From NCBI GenBank assembly GCA_010015585.1, contig ML975156.1: a stretch of 64,000 bases of DNA. One strand, 5' to 3'. Origin of the DNA: Eremomyces bilateralis CBS 781.70. Taxonomy: Eukaryota. Shown piece after piece: positions 42,039-52,039 of this stretch (position 1 is its first letter; the number at the start of each line of letters is the position of its first letter). Below the pieces are notes generated by a model. The model searched no databases. It saw only the letters and a program-made list of their open reading frames with translations, and was not told where the DNA came from. The position numbers and the translations under genes are program-made.

Positions 42039-42253
42039 ATTCTTCGGACGGCGTTGGGGGGATATCTGGTACTTTCAATGGCAATGACAGTTTCTGAATC
42101 ATGTACATCAGTCCAAAGCTGTGGAAAGGTCATTTGTTATGGTTTCGTATGAACTGTGTCAAGATGAAGAAAATTGATGTCCTAATTAGTTGTCTAGAAT
42201 GGTACTGTGAGAAAACAGCGGTTCCTGATGTCAGGTGATCTGTAGTACAGTTT

Positions 42254-42287
42254 CAACAACAACAACAACAACAACAACGACAACAAC
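42254..42287 (+). repeat. (CAA)n microsatellite
   Basis: About 11 CAA units with one CGA interruption. Confidence 0.9.
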
Positions 42288-42487
42288 GAATGCTTCTCAC
42301 GGAACCAGATGGATGAAGGGGCAGCTTCTGTCCAATAAGTATGGGGGTATCCCAAGTGCCATTATTTATACACAGCTGAAGTGCCTAAACTCTCGGTACC
42401 TAATCCAAATGATAGAAAATATGGAGTACCTTGCCAGCCATCGGCATCATGTCGGCACGGGCCTTGGTTAGATTCCGAGTCAGGATT

Positions 42488-42671
42488 TGTCGGAAATCCA
42501 CGGCTATTACTTAGTCATTGCACCTTGTAGATTACATAAGATTACATAAGCTTGGGTATATATACCCGTCAAGGTAAACTATCTACTTCTGACCGAATAC
42601 AAGCATCTCACTGCCTCTGAACAGGTATCCTATTGTTTCTGTGATTGATTGACACGCCAAAACGATCAACA
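42488..42671 (+). mobile_element. Solo LTR, family A, copy 1
   Basis: TGTCGG...ATCAACA, about 184 bp, near-identical direct copy at 48442-48624. Contains TATATA. Flanks GGATT/CGTTG, so no TSD. Confidence 0.8.
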
Positions 42672-42776
42672 CGTTGCCTTTATGCACCACCGGCCTATTT
42701 TCAAGGCAAACCTGAAGACCGCATCCTGACATTCAGTTCCTACAAATCACTCACAGTAGAAGCGGGAGCCCGCACT

Positions 42777-44168
42777 ATGAAGTCTCCAATCCCCGACTAT
42801 CTTCGGCAGGTGGTAGAAAATGCGCGCCCAGCCGACTCCGGCGAGGTTGCCGGCTACATCGAAGTTCTGGCCAAAGCGGATGCCTCCAAAATGGCTGTGG
42901 CACTCGCGACGGTAGATGGGAAGATGTACTCGGCTGGAGACGACGAAGTGGAATTTTCTATCCAATCCATTTCCAAAGCCTTTGTTTATGCACTGGCAAT
43001 TCAAGATACGGGGTTGCCACAGGTCTTGGAAAAAGTTGGCGTTGAACCATCTGGCGATGCGTTCAACAAACTGTCGCTGCAACGCAGCACCAATCGGCCT
43101 ATGAACCCCATGATCAATGCTGGTGCTATCGCCACGCACTCGCTGATCGTGGGACCGAATGCTACGGCGGAGCAAAGAGTTGATCGTATATTAAAGGCAT
43201 TGTCCCGACTGGCAGGCCGGCAGTTGCGAGTGGACGAAGCCGTCTACGAGGCCGAGCTCAAGGACGCCAACCGCAATATGGGTCTAGGTTACATGCTCAA
43301 AGCAGCAGGTATCATAGATGGTGATCCACAGGAAGCCGTGCGCGGCTATATCCGCCAATGCTCCATCAACGTCAACGTACGCGACCTGGCCATGATGGCA
43401 TCAACCCTGTGCAATGCCGGTGTACACCCGGTCTCCGGAGAGGGGATCATCCCGCACCAGAGCGTCCGCCAAGTCCTGTCCGTCATGACCACCTGTGGCA
43501 TGTACGATGCCGCTGGGGACTGGGTCTCCAACATTGGCATACCCGCAAAGAGTGGTGTAGCTGGCGGTATCATCGGCGCCCTTCCTGGCCAAGTTGGCAT
43601 TGCTGTCTTTTCACCCAAACTGGACGAACGCGGCAACAGTGTACGAGGCGTCATCATGTGCGAGAAGCTCTCATCCGACATGGGCCTGCACATGATGGAT
43701 ATCAGTCAGGTTGCTAGAGCCACCGTGCGTACTTCGGCCATGACCATTACGGGCTGTGCCGATCAACCCCACGAATACGTACAGGAGGTGCCTATCTTTG
43801 ATCTACGCGGCGCAGTCCGTTTCGCGGGCGCAGAACGTCTTACCCGTGCTATTGTGCATGAGTTCTCCTCCTCGGATACTGAGGACCCCGGCTCGGGACG
43901 CTATACGAACGCTCGCGCGGTTATTTTATCGTTCAGAGACGCCTATTCTCTCAGCGATGTTGCCCAGCGAATCATACTTGAGAACATTCGTCGCCTACGG
44001 GCGGCAGGTAGAAATCTGGTGGTGGTCGATCCTACCAGGGTCCTCAAGCTGCATGGGGATCATGTACCCGAAGACAATGCCCTGCGTGTGGTCAGAGACC
44101 TAGCTGAGGCACGTCGCTACATTGGGGGTACGGGCTGCCGGGCTGTATCTTATAGTGATAGTTGGTGA
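42777..44168 (+). CDS. glsA: Bacterial-type glutaminase (serine beta-lactamase-like fold) with C-terminal STAS-like domain, 463 aa, intronless
   Basis: Catalytic SxxK in FSIQSISK, plus GVEPSGDAFN, PMNPMINAGAI, TCGMYDAAG, PAKSGVAGGI and SPKLDERGNSVRG. STAS-like DLRGAVRFAGAE...LVVVDP. N-terminus MKSPIPDYL. Confidence 0.93.
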   Translation: MKSPIPDYLRQVVENARPADSGEVAGYIEVLAKADASKMAVALATVDGKMYSAGDDEVEFSIQSISKAFVYALAIQDTGLPQVLEKVGVEPSGDAFNKLSLQRSTNRPMNPMINAGAIATHSLIVGPNATAEQRVDRILKALSRLAGRQLRVDEAVYEAELKDANRNMGLGYMLKAAGIIDGDPQEAVRGYIRQCSINVNVRDLAMMASTLCNAGVHPVSGEGIIPHQSVRQVLSVMTTCGMYDAAGDWVSNIGIPAKSGVAGGIIGALPGQVGIAVFSPKLDERGNSVRGVIMCEKLSSDMGLHMMDISQVARATVRTSAMTITGCADQPHEYVQEVPIFDLRGAVRFAGAERLTRAIVHEFSSSDTEDPGSGRYTNARAVILSFRDAYSLSDVAQRIILENIRRLRAAGRNLVVVDPTRVLKLHGDHVPEDNALRVVRDLAEARRYIGGTGCRAVSYSDSW

Positions 44169-44215
44169 CCTAGTTTCAATCGGCTCTACACGAGTATCCC
44201 GGCGTAGATGCAAGG

Positions 44216-44358
44216 CTTGTTGGATATCAACCATCCTCTAGTTACCTCAGCAAGCTCAGGCTATTTGTGGTCGTGCCTGAGGCGACTAACCACACTATAC
44301 CTAATCGATAAATGCAGTTCACGAACAAATAGCCTGAGGATCGGGCAGGATCCTGTCA
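44216..44358 (+). repeat. Repeat family B, copy 1 (LTR-like TG...CA, internal hairpin)
   Basis: Inverted copy at 46368-46495; the first 46 bp are identical. Internal 14-bp inverted repeat at 44255-44268/44325-44338. Confidence 0.8.
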
Positions 44359-44364
44359 ATGGTA

Positions 44365-45911
44365 CGGAAGTTCCCTTCAAAAGTTTTTGCCCACGCTAAA
44401 TACGCCACTTTCTTGGCAGTCCCACAATACCAGCCGAGGAATCCTAAGTACATCGAATCTGTCCTTCATCGCTCCTATTTTGAATCTTATCAAGTCTCTC
44501 TCACGTTACGAAATGCCTTCAAATACTGACACCGCAACACAGGCGCTCATTGTTACTCTTAAGTCACCTATTGGGGGAAAAACAACAGCTGAAATCGCTG
44601 AAAAAACGGGTCTTCCAAAGCGTACAATTAATGCTATTTATGCCCGTGCAATTGAGCGGGGATTTGACCCTAATCATCTGCCTCTGCATATTAGAGACGA
44701 ATGGCTAGAAGATGCACCCCGTCCCGGCCGGCCCAAAAAACAGACGGAGGAGCTATCGAATACCGTTCTTACCAAAGTGCGTCAGGATCGATATGGAAGG
44801 GAGAAGACTTGCGCTGATATCGCGGGCGAGCTTTGTAGAGGCGGTTGGATTGTCTCCGAGTCTACCATCTGGAGAGTGCTCAAGAAAGCCGGCTTCAACA
44901 AGACGAAGCCGACGAGGAAGCCTGGATTGACGAAGAAGATGAAAGCTGAACGGTTGAAGTTTGCGAAAGAGCACGAGCATTGGACACTGGAAGATTGGAA
45001 AAACGTTATTTGGAGTGACGAGACAGCTATCGTATTACTCCACCGGAGAGGTAGTTATCGAGTATGGAGGACGAAAGACGAAGCGCTTGCAAAGACCTGT
45101 ATCCGGGAGCGTTGGAAAGGATATACAGAATTAATGTTCTGGGCCTGCTTTACGTATGATAAGAAAGGCCCTTGCCATTGCTGGATGCCAGAAACGAAAC
45201 AGGAGAAAATCGATGCGGAAAAGGTATTAGAAGAGATGAACGACTTGCTTGAACCTATTCGTCGAGACCAGTGGGAACTTGAGACCGGTATGAGGAGGAT
45301 GGGACTCCGGAATCCCTCTAGAAAGCCAATCTGGAAATGGACGCAGAAGACAGGGAAACTAGTTCGACAGAAAGGAGAAGGAATCGACTGGTATCGATAT
45401 CAGACAAAGATATTAATTCCGAAGCTATTTCCTTTCGTAGAGGAATGTCTGAAGGATCGGCCAGACACGATTGTTCAAGAGGATAAAGCTCCGTCGCACG
45501 CCCATCATGCACAGCAACGAGTATACGATTTGTACGGAGTACAGCGACTTCTTTGGTGCGGGAATTCCCCAGATCTAAATGCTATCGAGCCATGTTGGCC
45601 ATACATGAAGAGAGCGACGACAAGAAAAGGTGCTCCAAAGAATAGGCATGAAGCCATTAAAGCCTGGGAAGCTTGCTGGGAAGGACTCCCGCAGGAGAAG
45701 GTACAGGCTTGGATTGAGCGGATTCCACGACATATTCAACAGATAATTGAGCTAGAAGGAGGAAACGAGTATAAGGAAGGGAGAGACCATACGAGAAAGG
45801 ACTGAGATAACGCGAATGGGGAGGACTTAGCCATTAGTACATGTATCCTAATTAGGAATGGTTTTATTACGGGGTCTTGGCGTGGGCAAGAACTTTTGAA
45901 GGGGTCCTCCG
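44365..45911 (+). mobile_element. Complete Tc1/mariner DNA transposon, 1547 bp
   Basis: 35-bp TIRs (44365-44399 and 45877-45911, 5 mismatches) flanked by TA on both sides (44363-64, 45912-13). Confidence 0.93.
44513..45805 (+). CDS. Tc1-family DD34E transposase, uninterrupted (430 aa)
   Basis: N-terminal HTH, a PGRPKK linker, WSDET, and QEDKAPSH-(34 aa)-SPDLNAIE. Confidence 0.93.
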   Translation: MPSNTDTATQALIVTLKSPIGGKTTAEIAEKTGLPKRTINAIYARAIERGFDPNHLPLHIRDEWLEDAPRPGRPKKQTEELSNTVLTKVRQDRYGREKTCADIAGELCRGGWIVSESTIWRVLKKAGFNKTKPTRKPGLTKKMKAERLKFAKEHEHWTLEDWKNVIWSDETAIVLLHRRGSYRVWRTKDEALAKTCIRERWKGYTELMFWACFTYDKKGPCHCWMPETKQEKIDAEKVLEEMNDLLEPIRRDQWELETGMRRMGLRNPSRKPIWKWTQKTGKLVRQKGEGIDWYRYQTKILIPKLFPFVEECLKDRPDTIVQEDKAPSHAHHAQQRVYDLYGVQRLLWCGNSPDLNAIEPCWPYMKRATTRKGAPKNRHEAIKAWEACWEGLPQEKVQAWIERIPRHIQQIIELEGGNEYKEGRDHTRKD

Positions 45912-46367
45912 TACACACTGACTGTTCGATATTTTCATGTGTTTTTCACGATTTTGGAAACCTCACTTTTGCATATTCTTCAATAACAACATGAAGACTT
46001 ATTATAATTGCACTTAAATCCACTGGGCTGTGCAGCAAGGTATACTTTATCTAGAATTTGAATCTTTTCTACTCCCCATGCTTGTGTCTCGCAAAAAACG
46101 CTGATATGTAAGAAGCCAGACTGCGTCAGAATCGTTAACCAACCACCGCAGTTCAAGCACCTCTGGAGACGTTGGGTTCAGTTGTACGCTGCGCCGAGAG
46201 GAGGTTCGATCTGACATCGTCCAAATTCCACTGGGTTGTCAAGAAACGATAGAGGATTCGATTGAACATGTCAATTTTACTGTGTGATAGCTCGTTGTGG
46301 AGGAAAACGAGGTTGAAGTGATTAAATTGCTCTCATACAAACGATCTTAACTCAGGCCAAAAATCAA

Positions 46368-46495
46368 TGACAGGATCCTCAGGCTATTTGGTAGAGAACC
46401 ATACCAATTAGGTATAGCGCGGTTCGTTGCCTCAGGCACTACCACAATGGCCTGAGCTTGCTGAGGTAACTAGAGGATGGTTGATATCCAACAAG
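46368..46495 (-). repeat. Repeat family B, copy 2 (inverted)
   Basis: The reverse complement CTTGTTGGATATCAACCATCCTCTAGTTACCTCAGCAAGCTCAGGC...GGATCCTGTCA matches 44216-44358. Confidence 0.8.
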
Positions 46496-46507
46496 AATTC
46501 GACAACG

Positions 46508-47878
46508 TCAAATGACCCGCTGAAGAACTCCTGCCTCCACAAGCCTCTGCTGAACTTCCAAGCTCATCAAACTCCGTACCCTCTCCAACGTCTGTCTAAG
46601 TCTCCAATACCTCCTATCCTCATCTTCCCCAGCACTCCCCCACTTAGCATGCAACAGTTCCTTGATAGCCTTTCCCTCGACATCGTTCGCTAGTTCCGTC
46701 AAGCAGGGTGTGCAGCACGAAAGATATTCCCCGTCCCAGAAGTAGAACTTTCCGCCCCATAAAGGGTAGAGATTATCCAGTGTGAGGAACTTGCGGCATT
46801 TGTAGCAAGGAAAGCAGGCGCCTGGGAAGCCCTCCGGAGCAAGTGCGGCGATGATGAGACGCTGGCGGTGACGCCTCTTGACAGTAGGAAGTAGAGAATG
46901 GCGGTCAAAGAAGTCGGATGGGGCAATGAGCTCTGGCAGGTGCCAGAAGTGCTTGCAGGCGCGCTTCAATGCCCACTGAGCTTCGACGCTGGCTTTGGCA
47001 TCATCATACAGAGCCGGCAAGTCCTCGATTGAGTCGGTGTTAAGATGCCGGATGATCTGGTGGTGAAGCTCTATGGGCAAAGACATAAGACAGGCTGATG
47101 CACAAGGGTATGTAACCCTCCTGATCTCGATCTCTGGGCTAGGTTGTTTAGAATCTAGTCCAGCTGTCTCCGCTTCATCCTTGATTATTTCCCGTCCCTT
47201 CTTGACCTCGACGTTCCGGAGCTGCAGGTCATCATCCTCTAGTTCATAATCCGATCCAAAATTGCCGATCGCAAACGCTTTCTTCAGAAACACATTGAAG
47301 AACCTGTAACGCTCGGTGCTGGTTTCATACTTGCGGTAGGCCTCGACAAGGCCGTCGAACGAGACGAGCGCAAACCCCTGACGGTAAGCCCAGATCTCCA
47401 CTTGCCGAAGCTCCTGTCCAACAGTTAGATATCAAACTCGAAAAGGTCGCACAGACGTATATGTTCGAGTTACAAAATCAATGAAGTAGGCCCACTCGCA
47501 TCCAAAACGGTCGAGAAAGCCGGTTTGGTCAGTCAGGTGCTTCAACTTCCCATCCAAGATTTCGAACAGCGCTGCGGTGCCCTGTGTTGTGTACAGTACG
47601 TCGCCCCAGCTGCTGTGACCGCGGGTTCTGCCGCCGAAGTTCTCGTAGTTGTACCCGTATCGCTCGTAGATTTCGACTAGCTCTGTTGCCACTGGAGATT
47701 GATGTACATCGACCCAGGTAAGCTTGTCAACAAGTTTGGCAAGGTGAGCAAGCTCTGCCAGGCTAGTTTGGGCGAGAAATTTGGCGACATCGAAGGCGAG
47801 GTCGTAAGAGTCATAGTGGTTATAAGAACCTTTGCGTTGGTCTTTCTTGCGAAAGCCGAGGATGCCGCTAGTTCCCAT
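46508..47878 (-). CDS. Hypothetical protein: MGTxG...YNHYDSY N-terminal domain fused to an F-box-like motif and Cys-rich tail
   Basis: ATG at 47878. A phase-0 intron at 47414-47473 (GTAACT...CTAAC...CAG) joins WAYFIDF to ELRQVEIW. F-box-like CLMSLPIELHHQIIRHL...LKRACKHF; CYKC...CCTPC. Confidence 0.65.
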
Positions 47879-48441
47879 AGTTGATGAATCGTTGCTAGAA
47901 ATGAAAGCCGTCTCTAGTATTTCACTTGTCCTAATCCTACGGACTGGACTCCTGGAGCAATTCCGGTCAGTCCCATCCACAGTACTCAAATACACATAGC
48001 GAAGAGGAGTGATTAACGGTATATAGAAGCAGAGGAGGGCCAGGAAAGGCCTGACAAGTATATAGATGTAGAGCAGCTAACCGAGCTATTAGTAAGGTGC
48101 AGCGGTTCAGAGCAGAGGAAGCGGAAGCAGCTCTGACGGGAGCGGCTTGATTTCTGAAAGCGAAGGGCGGGAGCACCCTATTTATAGCTGTACACTGCCT
48201 GCCACTAGAGTAAGGCGGCTGGGACTGTCCATGAATTAACCAATCAGTCAACCAATTAATCAATCAATCACCTGAAGCACCGGGACACCTGAGAGACCGG
48301 AACACTTTTTATACTGACACCCGACGTACTATGACGTCCCCTGCACCCTATCCTCGCCAGACAGGACCCGTTCGTGGCGGTGCTCGTATATTCAACATGG
48401 ACGCTCGAATTCAAAAAGGGTCAGTTTCCTGGTGTCCCAAT

Positions 48442-48624
48442 TGTCGGAATCCGCGGCTATTACTTAGTCACCGCATCTTGTAGATTACATAAGATTACAT
48501 AAGCCTGGGTATATATACCCGTCAAGGTAAAATATGTACTTCTGACCGAATACAAGCATCTCACTGCCTCTGAATAGGTATCCTATTGTTTCCGTGATTG
48601 ATTGACACGCCAAAACGATCAACA
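48442..48624 (+). mobile_element. Solo LTR, family A, copy 2, followed by a partial related copy (48625-48658)
   Basis: Direct repeat of 42488-42671 with flanks CCAAT/TATAT. The next ~34 bp repeat the internal TATATACCC..CAAGGTAAACTATGTACTTCTG segment. Confidence 0.8.
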
Positions 48625-49316
48625 TATATACCCTCCAAGGTAAACTATGTACTTCTGTCGCAGACCAAGGTTTCATCTAACGGAGCCCGAGGCTACAAAC
48701 TGCATTATAAACTTGCCACGAATCTCATATATCTGGAGGGCCAGGGGACCAGGCATTGGCATAAGAACACGCAACTTGAACGCAACTTTCAGATACCTAA
48801 CTAGTTAGAACAACTTAGTTACACAACTTTAATGTCACACGGAGGTCACCTGACTTCAGTGTGTGTTGGGTCACGTGGTTTAGTGTTTGCTCGGAGATGT
48901 CTATCTCTATCTCTTCACGCTGTATTTTAGACAGGAGATGCGAACCCGCAAGCGGGTTTCGCTCAAAGAGAGCCTGGAGGAACGAAGCTAGAGTTCGCAG
49001 TCTTCGAATCTCCCTTAAAAGAGTACTCGAATTATATTCACAGAAGCATCATAAAAGGCTTATTTTCCATTGTTCTAGGTTGGTTTTAAGACATGATGCT
49101 ACGGCAGTCATATGATAGGCCAAAGAGTCAACATATTGTATACCATAAAGCAACAAAGCAAGGAATGAATTCGCTATTTTGGATGCGATGATCCTACATA
49201 GAATGATATAGTTTATATTCCCAATTCAATTGTTTTTAGAATAATAGCGACTTGCCTAGTCCGGTTCGAATTTCACTACGACGACGAATCCCTCGAATTT
49301 ATTCATAATACCTCTA

Positions 49317-51045
49317 AGTCAAAGCACCCAGTTTCCGGTCATCCCAGTTTCCGGCCACCACAAACAATCCATTTGATCCACGTATTGCCCTAGAGTTACA
49401 CAAATAGAACAGCCACCATATATATTTCTATACATCTAGTTCAAATACAGAGCATAAGTGCTCGAATCTAGATTTGCGTGCTCTGAAATCCTCTCCGCCT
49501 TTTCCGCAGCTTTCCGCTCCGCTTCTTTGGCCGCCTCCTGCAACGCAACGATTTGCTCAATTGTAGCAAATCTTTCGTTCAAATCAGGCTAGACTCGTTT
49601 CCTTTTCCTCGTAGTCGAACCACCTAGATCTTGAATAGTTTTTTCAAGTTGTAGAACGTGTGCTTTAAGTGCAGCGATTTCGGTATTCTTCTCCGCCAGG
49701 GACTTGGCCAACTTCCCCTAGAATCCCCCGAAGTCTCGCGATGATATTCCCTCAAACTTTTGCTTATATATGTCCTGTAGCCCCTTTAGTATGCTATAGG
49801 TATACGGAATTAGTTTAGGGGTCACACGACTGGGCATTACGGTGTGAATTTCGTTCAATTACGAAACTATTTAATACTTTGGCTGGGTTAAAGGGCACCA
49901 TTCCTGTTCCACGAAACCCTGCACGTATGTTATGCGAATTTAGAGCCGTATTTCGAGATTTATAATATATTTCTATAAAATTATGCTTCTTAACTGGTGC
50001 AGAGTCATCAAGCGAAGATAGGCGGCTCAGTTCTTTATGATATCTTGATTTCAGGGGCGAAAAGCATGCAATATCTAAAGGCTGGAGGACATGGGAAGAA
50101 TGGGCTGGCAAACATAAAATAAATACCTTACTATCTTTCGCCGACTTCATGAGCTGGATCTTAGCATGCGTACCGTGCCCGGCGCATACCAAAAAGCGCT
50201 ATTCTCGGGAGTCTTCTCCTCCATTTTGGTTCAGGGGTTTGGCCTCCCGTAAGAACTTTTTCTCGAGCCATTATAAGCCAATTTCGTTGGATGTCTAGGC
50301 AATTTCTGAGGACGTATAATGCCAGTTCGGGATATCGCGAGAAGGGAACTACGTCGACTGCAGAGATTTGCCTTTAAGGATAATCAGGGGCGTAATTGAT
50401 CGGCCATCTGCATATATGTATTCTAGGATAGAGACCCATTCTCTATCTTTAGGAATCTTCACGTATATCGTGTTCTTCTTCCTCTTTTGCTTCTCCTAGA
50501 CTGGTGTAATTACGCGGCCATTAATTCCGCACCCTAGGGCGATGCTATGCTCATTAAAATTCCACTGGTTATTGGTTTTAATGTTATACCTTTCGATAAT
50601 GCGTGTATAAGCCGAAAAGAACTCCGAAATAACATCTTTTGTGGCAGAATTTATTCTAGAAGCCTCGATCGTCCGTCCGATAATCGTTTCTTACCTCAGG
50701 ATTCCGGAGTAGAAACCCGTCGGTCTAATTTGTGCCGCAGGGAGTGTTATCTCTATTTTCTTTCGCAATCAGTTCTGCCATTTAGCGAACCTGGGCATGC
50801 GAAGGGGCCCTCCCGCAAAGGTCTTCTTCCGTAATCCACTAGACCAGCCATTTTTCTTGATCTTTTGACAACTTTTGCAACTTCTCGGCCCCTTTTTGAT
50901 AGGATTCGGTGCCCTTTTAGATATGTTCTTAGAGAGTAGAGTACTTAACGCCATAAGCCTCCGCAAATTTGTGAATCGATGGGAATTCTCGATCTCAAAA
51001 AGCTTATATAGCTTCAGCAATTGCACTTTCATTTATAGGAGGCAT
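49317..51045 (-). pseudogene. Fot1/pogo transposon relic, RIP-degraded
   Basis: TA followed by a Fot1-like TIR AGTCAAAGCACCCAGTTTCCGGTCATCCCAGTTTCCGGCCACC at 49317. DDE_1 motif LCLPAHSSHVLQPLDIACFSPLK; HTH remnants near 51000; many TAA/TAG stops. No second TIR found. Confidence 0.85.
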
Positions 51046-51935
51046 ATTGAAAAAGAATCCATCGTTGTTGGATTTATTTGCGTTATCAAATTAGTCAGTC
51101 TCGATAATCAGAGGGAAGTCTCGACCATTAGAGTCCGTCTTAACCATCCGAGCCAGACTCAACGATCGGACTCAGTCAGGCGCAAGGTCAGAATCCGGCA
51201 GTGTCTGCGGACGCGAAGTGGACGCCGCGGAGCGTGTAGTTTTATAGTTCGTTCCAATCATATCACAGGGGCTAAAGCGGGGGGGCCGATCGCGATGTCG
51301 ACGAAGGCGTGTCAACGACGGCTGTGGTTGAGGGGGACAAATCACGTGAAACTCACGTGAAAATCATGTGATTTAAGGTTGGGTTGTGATTTTGTGTCTG
51401 TCCCTCGTGCGTCCACAAGGACCTTACGGAACTACGTTCCTCCAGGCATACATCCAATACATCGCTCTTCTCTCTTATACGTGATCTTTGCTCGATTGGA
51501 GTATTCTCCACAGATAAGGTTTGGGGGAAATCTACTTTAAAGTGACCCGTTAAGGATGTCTACGAAGTCATATAACTTGATGAAGCCGGTAGCTCCATTA
51601 GAAATAATTCGAAGATGATTCCCAGCTAATCAGAGATAGCTCGCCATAATTCACAAAATAATGTTGTACTGCTGCGCTATTGTGCTAAGTTACTGTAAGG
51701 AAATCGTGGCGTGGATGAGAGGGTGGTGACGTTATCCCCGTTCGTGCTGTTGATGGAAACTGTTCCAGACATCACAGTCACCCTATCCTGTAATCACGGC
51801 TCCTGTAGTGCTTCTCCTATGAGGATGTTTTTGACACGAACTAAACATAATGGAACCGCATTCGCACTAAACACATTAAGATGTCTTTATCAACCACCAC
51901 GCCCATCACAAGTATGTCCTAACCGAAAATAGATG

Positions 51936-52039
51936 CGCTGATATCGGGTGAGACCAGAAATGGATTCGGGCGGCAGTTCGCCGGGACTCTGAGGTGTCCG
52001 GAAACGGATACGCTGATATCGGGTGGGCCTAGAAATGGA
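51936..52039 (+). repeat. 29-bp direct repeat (51936-51964 and 52011-52039)
   Basis: CGCTGATATCGGGTGAGACCAGAAATGGA versus CGCTGATATCGGGTGGGCCTAGAAATGGA. Confidence 0.8.

Noticed and set aside
42645..42776. 44-aa N-terminal extension of the glutaminase given in the ORF track
   Set aside because: It starts at a TTG inside the LTR (the same MIDTPKRST appears at 48598). The family-like start is the ATG at 42777.
42777..44168. Bacterial contaminant contig
   Set aside because: A single gene flanked directly by repeats that recur next to intron-containing fungal genes, with no bacterial operon neighbours. Read support is still desirable.
48280..48438. Possible MITE bounded by GGGACACC/GGTGTCCC
   Set aside because: Only 8 bp of perfect inverted match and no TSD; it may be a TE remnant but cannot be supported.
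42488..48624. Full-length LTR retrotransposon
   Set aside because: No gag, RT or integrase, no PBS or PPT, and no matching TSD between the two LTR-A copies.
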